Positions 27,883 through 37,640 of a DNA stretch of 52,951 bases are shown here, in pieces (position 1 is the first letter of the stretch; each line of letters begins with the position of its first letter). Source of the stretch: an uncultured Nitrospinaceae bacterium (lineage in GTDB: Bacteria > Nitrospinota > Nitrospinia > Nitrospinales > VA-1). The DNA lies in contig CAZOYP010000001.1 of NCBI GenBank assembly GCA_964584125.1, forward strand, positions 1 to 52,951, written 5' to 3'. A program made the translations under genes and the position numbers. The notes beneath the pieces were generated by a model. It was not told the origin of the DNA. It saw only the letters and a list, made by a program, of their open reading frames with translations, and made no database searches.

Positions 27883-28020
27883 CACCTAAGTTGCTTTCTG
27901 CATTTTTATTACATAAATTAGAATTGTACGTACTGCATTTCTCTCCAAAAACTTTCTCCTGCTAGTATTTTATGTGCTGGTGCTGCACCTATTATTAATA
28001 TTTATTAATTAGTGGTTTTT

Positions 28021-28473
28021 ATGGAATTAATTGGCATAGCTTCTGATCATGGTGGTTTTGATCTTAAAGCAAATATTGTTTCGTTTTTAAGCGAACTTGG
28101 ATATGAGTTAAGAGACATGGGACCTGATAATTCAAACCCGGTTGATTACCCTGACTATGGAATTTCAGTTGCTCAAGCTATTACTAGCAATAAGGTTTCT
28201 CGCGGCATTGTTATTTGTGGCACAGGGATTGGCATGTCAATAGTTGTCAATCGTTTTCCTGGTATTAGAGGATCTTTATGTACCGATGTATTTACTGCAA
28301 AGTTAAGCCGTGAACATAACGATTCAAATATCCTTATTATGGGTGGACGAGTTGTTGGTCATGGCTTAGCTAAAGAAATAGTGAGAGTTTGGCTCAATAC
28401 ACGATTTGAAGGTGGGCGGCATCAGAAGCGCCTTGATAAAATTAATCGCATAGATATATCTAATAATTTTTAA
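28021..28473 (+). CDS. rpiB: ribose-5-phosphate isomerase B
   Basis: [23 protein letters not shown] and [16 protein letters not shown]. The track start at 28012 is a GTG three codons upstream. Confidence 0.9.
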   Translation: MELIGIASDHGGFDLKANIVSFLSELGYELRDMGPDNSNPVDYPDYGISVAQAITSNKVSRGIVICGTGIGMSIVVNRFPGIRGSLCTDVFTAKLSREHNDSNILIMGGRVVGHGLAKEIVRVWLNTRFEGGRHQKRLDKINRIDISNNF

Positions 28474-28486
28474 GGAGACACTTATT

Positions 28487-29734
28487 GTGTTAGAAGCATT
28501 TGATCCTGAAATATCAGAGGCCATTAAAGGTGAGCTTGAGCGAGAGTCTTATACTCTTGAAATGATTGCCTCTGAAAACTTTGTAAGTAAAGAAGTAATG
28601 GAAGCATTGGGATCCGTTATGACTAATAAATATGCCGAAGGGTATCCTGGAAAACGATACTATGGTGGTTGCGAACATGTAGATGTTGCTGAAAACTTAG
28701 CGATTCAACGTGCAAAAAAACTGTTTAATGCAGAGCATATAAATATCCAACCACATTCTGGCTCACAAGCCAATATGGCTGTTTATCATACTTTACTGCA
28801 GCCAGGAGATACAATTCTAGGAATGGATTTAACACACGGCGGACATTTGACCCACGGTTGTCCAGTTAATTTTTCAGGTTATACATACAAAGTTGTCGCA
28901 TATGGCGTAGATAAAGATACAGAGTTAATTGATTATGAACAGGTTTTGTATCTTGCAAAAGAACATAGACCCAAATTAATTATTGTTGGTGGGAGTGCAT
29001 ATCCAAGAGTCATAGATGCTTTAAAGTTTCGAGAAATAGCAGATGAGGTTGGCGCTAAGATTATGACCGATATTGCTCACCCAGCAGGATTAATAGCTGC
29101 TGGGGTTTACCCTTCTCCAGTTCCTTTTTCAGAGTTTGTAACTACTACTACCCATAAAACTCTGCGAGGTCCTCGGGGAGGTATGATTTTGTGCGAAGAG
29201 AAGTTTGCTAAAGACATAAATAAAAAAATATTTCCGGGCATACAGGGTGGTCCTCTTATGCATGTGATTGCCGCTAAAGCAGTGGCTTTTAAAGAGGCTC
29301 TTGACAGCAACTTCGTATCATATCAAAAGCAGGTTGTATCAAATGCTAAGCATTTATCAGATTGTATGGCTTCTTCTGGATTTAAAATAGTTAGTGGTGG
29401 AACTGACACGCACCTAATTCTAGTAGATTTATGCAATAAAAATATTACAGGAAAGGCTGCTGAAGAAGCTCTCGACTTAGCTGGGATAACTGTTAATAAA
29501 AATACTATTCCTTTTGAAACAAGAAATCCATTTATTACCTCTGGAATTCGTATAGGTACTCCTGCACTTACCACAAGAGGTATGAAAAATAGAGAAATGA
29601 AGTTAATAGCTGATATGATAGCTCAAACCCTGGAGCATATTGATGAACCTGAATTCCATAAAAAAACTCGTAAATACATCAAAGAGTTTTGCGATCAGTT
29701 TCCGCTTTATGCCGAGCTTACTAATAAAAATTAG
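28487..29734 (+). CDS. glyA: serine hydroxymethyltransferase
   Basis: GTG start 9 nt after [22 protein letters not shown] and [14 protein letters not shown] (PLP lysine) motifs. Confidence 0.95.
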   Translation: MLEAFDPEISEAIKGELERESYTLEMIASENFVSKEVMEALGSVMTNKYAEGYPGKRYYGGCEHVDVAENLAIQRAKKLFNAEHINIQPHSGSQANMAVYHTLLQPGDTILGMDLTHGGHLTHGCPVNFSGYTYKVVAYGVDKDTELIDYEQVLYLAKEHRPKLIIVGGSAYPRVIDALKFREIADEVGAKIMTDIAHPAGLIAAGVYPSPVPFSEFVTTTTHKTLRGPRGGMILCEEKFAKDINKKIFPGIQGGPLMHVIAAKAVAFKEALDSNFVSYQKQVVSNAKHLSDCMASSGFKIVSGGTDTHLILVDLCNKNITGKAAEEALDLAGITVNKNTIPFETRNPFITSGIRIGTPALTTRGMKNREMKLIADMIAQTLEHIDEPEFHKKTRKYIKEFCDQFPLYAELTNKN

Positions 29735-29739
29735 TTAAG

Positions 29740-30207
29740 ATGAAATGTCCTGCCTGTTCAAACCTTGAGAATAGAGTCATAGATTCTCGTTTAAATAAAG
29801 AGGGTAATAGCACACGCAGGCGACGTGAATGCCTTAGCTGCAACGAGCGTTTCACAACTTATGAACGCGTTGAAAAATCTCTTCCTTACATAATCAAAAA
29901 AGATGGGCGAAGGGAAGAGTTTGATCGGGAAAAAATATTATCGGGAGTTAAGAAAGCTTGTCAAAAAAGGCCTGTTAGCATTAAACAAATGGAAACATTG
30001 GTTGATAATGTTGAACAATACTGTCAAGAATTAGGAGAGAAAGAGATTTCTGCAGTTGTTGCGGGAGAAAAAATAGTCAAAGAACTCTATAATCTAGATG
30101 ATGTAGCATATGTTCGTTTTGCTTCTGTATACAGATCATTTAAAGATGTCAATGAATTCATGGTAGAACTTAAGGACATACTTAAAAATAAAGAGCATGA
30201 AAAATAG
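29740..30207 (+). CDS. nrdR: transcriptional repressor NrdR
   Basis: MKCPACS...[12 protein letters not shown] zinc ribbon plus an ATP-cone domain. Confidence 0.92.
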   Translation: MKCPACSNLENRVIDSRLNKEGNSTRRRRECLSCNERFTTYERVEKSLPYIIKKDGRREEFDREKILSGVKKACQKRPVSIKQMETLVDNVEQYCQELGEKEISAVVAGEKIVKELYNLDDVAYVRFASVYRSFKDVNEFMVELKDILKNKEHEK

Positions 30208-30401
30208 TTATTTTATTATAAAAAATAATTTATTTGTTCTTTACCATATCTAATAATTAAGTGCCACTACCCACCTCCTTGATCACTTGTAGGTCTAGTT
30301 GAATCCAAGAATACAAAATGTTACGATGATTAAAAAAATGTTTTCATTTAGCGGAGAAGTGTATTGTCAAACAATAATTTGCATTCTTCTTAATAGTATT
30401 T

Positions 30402-31193
30402 ATGGCAAATATAACCTTTAATACGACATTACTTATTTATCTTATCTCTGCTCTTGGATACTCACTTTATTTGGTTTACCGAATGCCATTGGTTAAATCA
30501 ATTTCATTGGTATCTTTAGGGATAGGGCTATTTTCTCATACAATTACCATATGTCTTCGTTCCATAGAAACAGGGCACGGCCCATACACAACAGGCTTTG
30601 AAATAACATCATTCTTTTCATGGGTCATAGTTATTATTTTTTTTATTACTGAATGGAAATATAAGATTAAGGACTTAGGTGCGTTTATTATTCCAGTTGT
30701 ATTTTTAATTTTTTTGTATTCAGCATTTCAATCGCGTGATCATTCACTAATAGATGAATCAACAACGATGTTCTGGCTTACTATACACCGTACATTATCT
30801 ATTATTGGTTATGCTGCTTTTGCAATTGGTTTTGGTGGTGCTCTCATGTATCTCATTCAGGAAAACCAAGTAAAAAACAAAAAACTTGGCGTTATGTATT
30901 TCAGAATGCCATCTCTTGAGGTACTTGATAACCTTAATCATAAAGTCATTGCTATTGGATTCCCCCTTTTTACTCTAGGTTTTATGACTGGATCAATCTG
31001 GAATATTAAAACAGACGAATCATTGTTTTCATGGGATGCATTGCGAACTTGGCCTCTTATAGTTGTTTGGTTGATTTACTGCGGTATTTTTTTTGGGAGA
31101 CTTTTAGTTGGATGGCGCGGTAAAAAAGCGGCTCAAGGAGCTATCCTTGGTTTTGTTACTATTATTGTTTCTTACTTTCTGCATGTGGTGTGA
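30402..31193 (+). CDS. cytochrome c assembly-family membrane protein (CcsA/HemX-like) preceding hemA
   Basis: Eight TM segments and a Trp-rich segment (GSIWN...FSWDALRTWPLIVVW). The position upstream of hemA matches hemX in Firmicutes. Confidence 0.7.
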   Translation: MANITFNTTLLIYLISALGYSLYLVYRMPLVKSISLVSLGIGLFSHTITICLRSIETGHGPYTTGFEITSFFSWVIVIIFFITEWKYKIKDLGAFIIPVVFLIFLYSAFQSRDHSLIDESTTMFWLTIHRTLSIIGYAAFAIGFGGALMYLIQENQVKNKKLGVMYFRMPSLEVLDNLNHKVIAIGFPLFTLGFMTGSIWNIKTDESLFSWDALRTWPLIVVWLIYCGIFFGRLLVGWRGKKAAQGAILGFVTIIVSYFLHVV

Positions 31194-32470
31194 TGATGTC
31201 TGAAATTAACCTTATACTCGTTGGAGTTAATCATAAAACTACCCCTGTGGAAATAAGGGAGAAACTCGCATTTACAAAAGGTAAAATAGAGGAATCCATT
31301 GATCGTCTTTTAAACTATCCCGACATAATAGAACACACGATTTTATCTACCTGTAATCGTGTTGAAATTTATGCTCGAGCAAATTGTCAAGATTCTGCAA
31401 TTAAATCTATCAAGCAGTTCATCTGCGACTTTCATGAATTATCTCCTGTCGAACTAGAAGATCACTTTTATAGCTATAAAAATAAAGAAGCTGTTGAGCA
31501 TTTATTTCGCGTTTCTTCTTCCTTGGATTCTATGATATTAGGTGAAGCCCAAATTCTTGGCCAAGTAAAAGATGCGTACAGCTTGGCGAGAGATCTTAGA
31601 TCTACGGGACTTGTTCTTAATCAACTTTTTGAAAAGGCCTTTAGTATTGCTAAAAAAGTTAGAGAAGAGACGGGTATTGCCGAGCGTTGTGTGTCCATTA
31701 GTTCAGCGGCTGTAGAATTAGCTCAGAAAATATTTGATGGCTTGGAAAACCATACAGTAATGCTGGTTGGTACTGGAGAAATGGCGGAACTTGCAGCAAA
31801 ACATCTAATTTCATATGGGGTTAAGACTGTTTATGTAACGAGTAGAAAATATGAACGTGCAGCTAATTTAGCAAGAACATTAAATGGGTCGGCCTTAGAT
31901 TTTGAGGGTTTTAAAAGTGAGCTCCATCGTGCAGATATAGTAATAACTTCTACTTCAGCATCTAGTTTCATCATTAAAAAAGAGATGGTTGAAAAAGCTA
32001 TTTATGAGCGAAAAAATAAACCTATATTTTTCATTGATATTGCAGTGCCGAGAGATATAGAACCAGATGTTAATGATTTAGAAAATGTATATCTATACGA
32101 TATTGATGACTTACATGTAGTCGTTTCTGCGAATATGAAAGAACGTGAGAAAGAAGCAGAAAATGCTATGAACCTAATCAGTCATGAAGTTACTAAGTTT
32201 AATAATTGGATTGGCTCTCTAGATGCTGTCCCAACAATTATTGAAATTCGTAAGAAAGCTGAAAATATTTGCAAACTAGAAATGGAAAGAACTTTAAAGA
32301 AAATCCCTCATATTTCCAAAGACGACAAAGAACTACTGCGTCAAATGAGTACCTCAATGATCAATAAAATTTTACACAAACCCACCATTAAATTGAAGCA
32401 GAAGACTCAATCCGAAGATGGTCATATATATCTTAAGGCTATTCGACACCTTTTTCATCTTGATGACTGA
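31193..32470 (+). CDS. hemA: glutamyl-tRNA reductase
   Basis: GVNHKTTPVEIREKLAF, LSTCNRVEIY, SSLDSMILGEAQILGQVK and VGTGEMAEL. The ATG at 31193 shares one nt with the upstream TGA. The track start at 31190 is a GTG. Confidence 0.93.
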   Translation: MMSEINLILVGVNHKTTPVEIREKLAFTKGKIEESIDRLLNYPDIIEHTILSTCNRVEIYARANCQDSAIKSIKQFICDFHELSPVELEDHFYSYKNKEAVEHLFRVSSSLDSMILGEAQILGQVKDAYSLARDLRSTGLVLNQLFEKAFSIAKKVREETGIAERCVSISSAAVELAQKIFDGLENHTVMLVGTGEMAELAAKHLISYGVKTVYVTSRKYERAANLARTLNGSALDFEGFKSELHRADIVITSTSASSFIIKKEMVEKAIYERKNKPIFFIDIAVPRDIEPDVNDLENVYLYDIDDLHVVVSANMKEREKEAENAMNLISHEVTKFNNWIGSLDAVPTIIEIRKKAENICKLEMERTLKKIPHISKDDKELLRQMSTSMINKILHKPTIKLKQKTQSEDGHIYLKAIRHLFHLDD

Positions 32471-33391
32471 ATGAAATCGCAAAAAATTGTAATAGGCAGC
32501 AGAGGAAGCCAATTAGCCCTCTGGCAAGCTAACTGGGTTAAATCTGAATTGGAACGCTTGTATAATAACGTAGCAGCCAATATCAGTATTATTGCAACTA
32601 GTGGAGATAAAATTCAGGATGTCCCTCTTGCAAAAATAGGAGGAAAGGGTTTATTTGTTAAAGAAATTGAAGAGGCATTATTGTCAAAAAAAATTGATAT
32701 AGCAGTTCATAGTATGAAAGATGTTCCTATGGAAATTCCTGCAGAATTAGAAATTTCGGTTATTACGAAACGTGAAAACCCGCTAGATGCATTGGTTTCA
32801 AAAAATGGTGAAAAATTAGCTGATCTGCCATATGGGGCAATTATCGGGACAAGTAGTTTGCGAAGATCTTCACAGTTATTAAAGTACAGGGAAGACTTCA
32901 AAATAATTCCACTTAGAGGTAACGTTGATACAAGGCTTAAAAGGTTGGATCAAGGTAAGTTTGATGCGATTTTATTGGCCTATGCAGGACTCAATAGGTT
33001 AGGTTGGGCTAGTCGTATTACTCAAGAAATAGATCATGAAATCCTGATTCCAGCGATGGGGCAGGGCGCACTTGGTATAGAAACGCGTATTGATGATCCA
33101 ATCAGCGATTTCATATCCCCTTTAAATCACAAGAATACTCACCATGCTGTTATTGCAGAGAGAGCCTTGGTTGACATATTAGATGGTGGCTGCCAGGTAC
33201 CAATCGGTGCTTATGCAATGGTAAATCATAACTTGATTACACTTCAAGGACTAGTAGCTAGTCTTGATGGTAAAGTTATTCTAAAGTCTGAAAATGTAGG
33301 TCCTATTAATGACGCAGTTAGGATAGGCAAAGAACTTGGGGCGAAGCTTTTAAAAATGGGAGCTAATGAAATTCTTGAGAAATTAATATAA
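32471..33391 (+). CDS. hemC: hydroxymethylbilane synthase (porphobilinogen deaminase)
   Basis: IGSRGSQLALWQANWV, IAVHSMKDVP, GTSSLRR, and GNVDTRL. Confidence 0.93.
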   Translation: MKSQKIVIGSRGSQLALWQANWVKSELERLYNNVAANISIIATSGDKIQDVPLAKIGGKGLFVKEIEEALLSKKIDIAVHSMKDVPMEIPAELEISVITKRENPLDALVSKNGEKLADLPYGAIIGTSSLRRSSQLLKYREDFKIIPLRGNVDTRLKRLDQGKFDAILLAYAGLNRLGWASRITQEIDHEILIPAMGQGALGIETRIDDPISDFISPLNHKNTHHAVIAERALVDILDGGCQVPIGAYAMVNHNLITLQGLVASLDGKVILKSENVGPINDAVRIGKELGAKLLKMGANEILEKLI

Positions 33392-33393
33392 TT

Positions 33394-34248
33394 ATGACAA
33401 AGATTTCTGTGGATAAAAAAATTAGCGAAGATCATATTAATAGCATCATTAAAGTTGCGCTCGATGAGGATATTGGCTCTGGTGATATTACTACTCGGTC
33501 GATTGTATCTCCTGATGACATATATGTTGCTGAAGCTACAACCCACGAAAATATTATTTTGTGTGGAATAAATATATTTAAAGCAGTTTTTTTTAAATTA
33601 GATCCCGATGTCATATTTTCAGATGATCATTATAAGGATGGTGATGTTCTAATAAATAATACTAAAATTTTACGTATTAAAGGTAAGGGCATTGCTCTCT
33701 TAGAAGGGGAAAGAGTTGCACTAAATATTCTCCAACGACTTTGTGGTATTGCTACTTTAACGAAGCAATATGTTGAATTAGCCACCCCCATTAAAATATT
33801 AGACACTCGTAAGACAACCCCTGGGCTTCGTTCATTTGAGAAATATGCTGTTTCTTGTGGAGGTGGGAAAAATCATCGTTTTGGCTTGTATGATGCAGTT
33901 CTTATAAAAGACAATCATATTAAGGTTTCCGGAGGAATTTCCCAGGCTGTAAAAAAAGTGAAAGAGAACTATAATAGCAATATACAAATCGAAGTTGAAA
34001 CCACCACTCTTGATGAGGTTAAAGAAGCTATTGATGCAAAAGTAGCTATTATTATGCTGGATAATATGTCTATAGATAATATAAAAGAAGCTGTTCGTAT
34101 AATTGAAGGCAGAGCTCGCATCGAAGTTTCAGGAGCTATATCGATTGACAAATTAGCTATATTATCAAAAATTGATATTGACTGGGTGTCGATTGGCGCA
34201 CTGACTCACTCATTCAAGTCATGCGACATCAGTATGAACTTTATCTAA
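33394..34248 (+). CDS. nadC: nicotinate-nucleotide diphosphorylase (carboxylating)
   Basis: DIGSGDITT, LEGERVALNILQRLCGIAT, DTRKTTPGLR, GGGKNHRFGLYDAVLIKDNH and MLDNM. Confidence 0.92.
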   Translation: MTKISVDKKISEDHINSIIKVALDEDIGSGDITTRSIVSPDDIYVAEATTHENIILCGINIFKAVFFKLDPDVIFSDDHYKDGDVLINNTKILRIKGKGIALLEGERVALNILQRLCGIATLTKQYVELATPIKILDTRKTTPGLRSFEKYAVSCGGGKNHRFGLYDAVLIKDNHIKVSGGISQAVKKVKENYNSNIQIEVETTTLDEVKEAIDAKVAIIMLDNMSIDNIKEAVRIIEGRARIEVSGAISIDKLAILSKIDIDWVSIGALTHSFKSCDISMNFI

Positions 34249-34273
34249 AGAACTACATAACTTATGCTTAAAT

Positions 34274-34687
34274 ATGCCTTGTAAGGACACTACAGCAGAG
34301 ATAATAATACAACTTGACGATAAAGGTTGTCTTGTTGACTTCTCATTCTCTAAAGTTACATGTAGCAAAGAAATCGGAGGAGGAACGGGCTTTCTCGAAT
34401 ACTGCATAGGAAAATCTGTGGAGGAAATGCTCGATTTAGAGATTAATGAACTTCTTGATTTTTTTGCCTTTGAGTGTGATGAGGATCAGTTTTTATTGTA
34501 TATGGAATGGGAAGCCTTAAAGGCAGGTATCTCACAATTATTAGGTATTTCTATTAATAATAAAAGGTATCAAATTGCTTCAATTAGCTGTGATGAAAAC
34601 GGAACAACCATTAATCAATTAATGTCCCCCCTAAAAGAAATGCCTAAAATTGTTTCTTGCCTCAAGAGAGAGAAGAATTCGTTATAA
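34274..34687 (+). CDS. hypothetical protein with an IscU/NifU-N-like core lacking the third Cys ligand
   Basis: Hand alignment to E. coli IscU from memory. PCKDTTAEIIIQLDDKGCLVDFSFSKVTCSKEIGGGTGFLEYCIGKSVEE aligns with [49 protein letters not shown]. The HC of IscU is YM here. Confidence 0.4.
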   Translation: MPCKDTTAEIIIQLDDKGCLVDFSFSKVTCSKEIGGGTGFLEYCIGKSVEEMLDLEINELLDFFAFECDEDQFLLYMEWEALKAGISQLLGISINNKRYQIASISCDENGTTINQLMSPLKEMPKIVSCLKREKNSL

Positions 34688-34691
34688 TAGA

Positions 34692-35132
34692 TCAATCCTG
34701 ATAAAGTCTAATGAGTCTTAAGTAACCTTGGGAAAAATCTTGGTCAAATTGCTGGGAAATACCACTTGAATATGAAAAGTAAAATGCTGCTTGCTGATCA
34801 AATGGCATGCACCAAGAACCATTTCCACCTCCCGATTCAAATACAGAAGAAATATGGAGTTCTTGGTTGGAACGACCTAAAATAGTCAGATCTGGAAGGA
34901 ATAATTTTTCTATTTCATCTTTTTCCGGTATGCGCCAGTCGTGAAATCCTAAAAAATCTTTTTTGTTGAGTTCATCCACCCAAGTTATAGCTTCTTGAAA
35001 AGTTAACCAGTCATGGTGAATTTGGAAAGAATCTTTTTGACACCAACACAACCCGCTTTCATTATCGGTAATCGTGCCATCTAGATTATCCAAAAACCGG
35101 TCATCTGAATCCTTTATGTTTTTATTATCCAC
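34692..35132 (-). CDS. DUF1566 (Lcl C-terminal-like) domain protein without a signal peptide
   Basis: GTITDNESGLCWCQKDS and WLTFQEAITWVDELNKKDFLGFHDWRIPEKDEIEKL match the DUF1566 pattern (TGLmW..., W.eA..., dWRLP...EL). Confidence 0.65.
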   Translation of the reverse strand: MDNKNIKDSDDRFLDNLDGTITDNESGLCWCQKDSFQIHHDWLTFQEAITWVDELNKKDFLGFHDWRIPEKDEIEKLFLPDLTILGRSNQELHISSVFESGGGNGSWCMPFDQQAAFYFSYSSGISQQFDQDFSQGYLRLIRLYQD

Positions 35133-35239
35133 AAATATCCCTTAATATTAAATCATTTATAACTATTAGATAATCAGCTATATTAGCTTATCTTTCTATT
35201 GTTGTGAAGTACGATAAACCTAACAAAACAGAATCAAAT

Positions 35240-35791
35240 ATGTCCAAAATAACTCTTTTAAAATTCATACTGTTTATGTTTTTCTTAATTTTAATTTATC
35301 CAAGCTTAATAAATGCTGAAGACTGTGGTGAAGTAATTAAACCTCTATCATACTTTGAGAATGTTTCTAGATATTCATTATTAATATGTTTTGGATTATT
35401 TGCCGTTGGCGTATTGCTTGATGAAAAACCGGGGAAAATCATAGCACTAACATCATCCATTTTACCATTAGCTGTCTGGGGTTACGTACAATTTATGATT
35501 GATTTTACCGAGCTTAAAAGAAATGTTTTTGCGTATAATGCCCTTGCAGAGGCAACTCTAGCTAATATTGCTGAAGCCCAGGATAGATATAAGTCTGAAC
35601 AAGGAGTTTTTTTTAAAAATTTACAAGAATTATACTCACATGTAGCTGGATCACATGGTATAAACCCCTGTGTACGAATACTTAAAATTAATGCAGGCTT
35701 TAATCAATGGATTGCCGAGGCAAAGCATATATCAAGTCCTGATACGATAAAATGGGATAGTAGTTCTGGTAGTTCTCTCAAGAAAGGATAA
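35240..35791 (+). CDS. membrane protein with a pilin/pseudopilin-like C-terminal head (no prepilin leader)
   Basis: Signal-like N-terminus (MSKITLLKFILFMFFLILIYPSLINA) and two more hydrophobic helices. ALAEATLANIAEAQDRYKSEQGVFFKNLQELY then resembles the alpha1-C / Y..d.G.y..L..L region of GspG/PilA-type proteins. The track start at 35204 is a GTG. Confidence 0.4.
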   Translation: MSKITLLKFILFMFFLILIYPSLINAEDCGEVIKPLSYFENVSRYSLLICFGLFAVGVLLDEKPGKIIALTSSILPLAVWGYVQFMIDFTELKRNVFAYNALAEATLANIAEAQDRYKSEQGVFFKNLQELYSHVAGSHGINPCVRILKINAGFNQWIAEAKHISSPDTIKWDSSSGSSLKKG

Positions 35792-35840
35792 GTAGAGCTT
35801 GTAATAACTAGCATGATAAATAGATACAGAGAACCTCTAG

Positions 35841-36368
35841 ATGAGTAAAAACGAACTGGATCAAGATGAATTAAATAGAGAAAAAATTCTTGATCTTTTT
35901 TATACCACTAAAGGAGATTTGGATAAGATTAATCAAGCTATAGATAAAAAACTTAAGATCAAAGGCTTTAGAAAGATTACCCTTTTTGAGGAGTACGTTA
36001 AAAATCGCCTTTCTATAAACCCCACGGTTTTAAAAATGCCTCAGATGGAAATATCGACGTTAGAAACTATCTATTTGAGTCAGTATCCGGCAATTAAAAA
36101 TATTGAGATATTGGATTTACGAAAAAACTTTATAGGTGATGAAGGAGTTAATGCCATAGCCCAGTCATCTTTGTTAAGCAAATTGCGAGAACTTGATCTA
36201 AGAAATAATGGAATAAGTAGATTGGGGGTTAAGATGCTAGCAGAATCACAATCCTTAATTTGCTTGGAAAAAATTGATTTGAGATTAAATAAATTAGGTA
36301 GGCGCTGGGAAGAAAAATTTAACGAAGCAGGAAACTTTCCAAAGTTAAATCAAATTAAAACAATTTAA
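35841..36368 (+). CDS. small leucine-rich repeat protein (RI/NLR-like repeats), paralogue of 18943-20136
   Basis: IEILDLRKNFIGDEGVNAIAQSSLLSK / LRELDLRNNGISRLGVKMLAESQSLIC / LEKIDLRLNKLG. An N-terminal region of about 85 aa is unique to this copy. Confidence 0.75.
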   Translation: MSKNELDQDELNREKILDLFYTTKGDLDKINQAIDKKLKIKGFRKITLFEEYVKNRLSINPTVLKMPQMEISTLETIYLSQYPAIKNIEILDLRKNFIGDEGVNAIAQSSLLSKLRELDLRNNGISRLGVKMLAESQSLICLEKIDLRLNKLGRRWEEKFNEAGNFPKLNQIKTI

Positions 36369-36372
36369 GTTT

Positions 36373-36681
36373 TTATGATAATATCGTGTTTTTATTTTCC
36401 TTTACCTTCTGAACCATTTTATCAGCTAATTCAGTAGATTTGACTTTATAAGAGCCATCCGCCAGTACCTCACGATATTTCCTCACAAGATCATACCGAA
36501 TGTCAGAAACAATTTTTCGACCATTCGAAGAAGGGTTTTCTTTATAGGTTTCCGATAGTGAAACACGGTCAGACCTAGTTTCTTTTCCGGAAAGACTATT
36601 ATTTTTTGATTGCTTTATAGTAAATTCATTATTGATAGAATTATTTTGATTTATTTTTAATGATGAATTTAATTTAGTCAT
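36373..36681 (-). CDS. flgM: anti-sigma-28 factor FlgM
   Basis: Small, Ser/Asn-rich N-terminus. C-terminal RVSLS...DIRYDLVRKYREVLADGSYKVKSTELADKMV is the FlgM sigma28-binding helix pattern. It starts 10 nt after the flagellin stop. Confidence 0.8.
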   Translation of the reverse strand: MTKLNSSLKINQNNSINNEFTIKQSKNNSLSGKETRSDRVSLSETYKENPSSNGRKIVSDIRYDLVRKYREVLADGSYKVKSTELADKMVQKVKENKNTILS

Positions 36682-36691
36682 TTTTTTGCCT

Positions 36692-37543
36692 TTATTGTGG
36701 TAGAAGTTGTATCACACCCTGTGGAAATAAATTAGACTGCCCAATCATCGCCGAAGATGACTGTACTAATATCTGTTGCTTCGTTAATCGTGCGAACTCA
36801 GATGCCATATCAGCATCGTTTATTTTCGATCCAGCCGCATTTAAATTTTCTGCCGCTGTAAGTGTATTATTTAAAGCCCTATCAAGTCTATTTTGCGTTG
36901 ATCCTAATCTACCTCTAACTTCTATCAAATTATCTAATACTGCATTTAATTCCTCACTTGCTTCAGAAGCTCCCTCTTGGCTTGAAATTGAAAGTTCATT
37001 TAATTTTAAATTCAACGCTGTGAGTGCTGTAACGTTTACAACTCTATTTATATTCACACTACCTCCCGTTGAGTCCAATCCAAACTGAATTGTTGTATGA
37101 TTTGATGAACTGGAGGATAAAGAGCCGTCTAATAATTTAATTCCATTAAACTCTGTTGTTTTTGAAATTCTGTCTAGTTCACTTCTCATTGAACTAAACT
37201 CTAGATGAGTAGATTGGCGTTCTGTTGATCCAATAGTACCAGTTGCGCCCTGTATAGATAGCTCACGCATTCTAATAACTATAGAAACTTCTTCATTAAG
37301 AGCACCATCTATAACATTTAGGAGGGATATGCCTTCATTCAGATTGCGAACACCTTGCCTTAAAGTCCTCACATCAGACTTTAGAGCTTCAGCAGTCATC
37401 ATACCTGCACCGTCATCTGAGCTTTTTTGGAGTCTTTCACCGGATGCTATCCGAGAAAAAATCTGACTTAGCTTATTATTGTTTTGACTTAGTAAGCGCT
37501 GAGCATTATACGAAGCGAGATTATTGAAGATACGTAAAGCCAA
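36692..37543 (-). CDS. fliC: flagellin (short, about 283 aa)
   Basis: The TTG start at 37543-37541 lies 10 nt after GGAGG (37558-37554). It gives (M)ALRIFNNLASYNAQRLLSQNNNKLSQIFSRIASGERLQKSSDDGAGMM, the canonical flagellin N-terminus. The C-terminus reads RLGSTQNRLD...DADMASEFARLTKQQILVQSSSAMIGQSN. The track ORF (to 37660) adds 39 non-flagellin codons. Confidence 0.88.
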   Translation of the reverse strand: MALRIFNNLASYNAQRLLSQNNNKLSQIFSRIASGERLQKSSDDGAGMMTAEALKSDVRTLRQGVRNLNEGISLLNVIDGALNEEVSIVIRMRELSIQGATGTIGSTERQSTHLEFSSMRSELDRISKTTEFNGIKLLDGSLSSSSSNHTTIQFGLDSTGGSVNINRVVNVTALTALNLKLNELSISSQEGASEASEELNAVLDNLIEVRGRLGSTQNRLDRALNNTLTAAENLNAAGSKINDADMASEFARLTKQQILVQSSSAMIGQSNLFPQGVIQLLPQ

Positions 37544-37640
37544 TGATCTGATTCCTCCATGAAACAGAAAATGAGTATATTGAACTGGTATATATAATAT
37601 GAGTCTCTGCGGATTAGTCTCCATACTACCCCGCAACTGT

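Noticed and set aside
27883-28020. A leader of about 130 nt ahead of rpiB-glyA. I checked it for ZTP, glycine and THF riboswitch cores.
   Set aside because: None of the conserved cores I know (for example GGGTCGTGAC...CCGCCTGGGC for ZTP) is present. Only weak short hairpins are visible.
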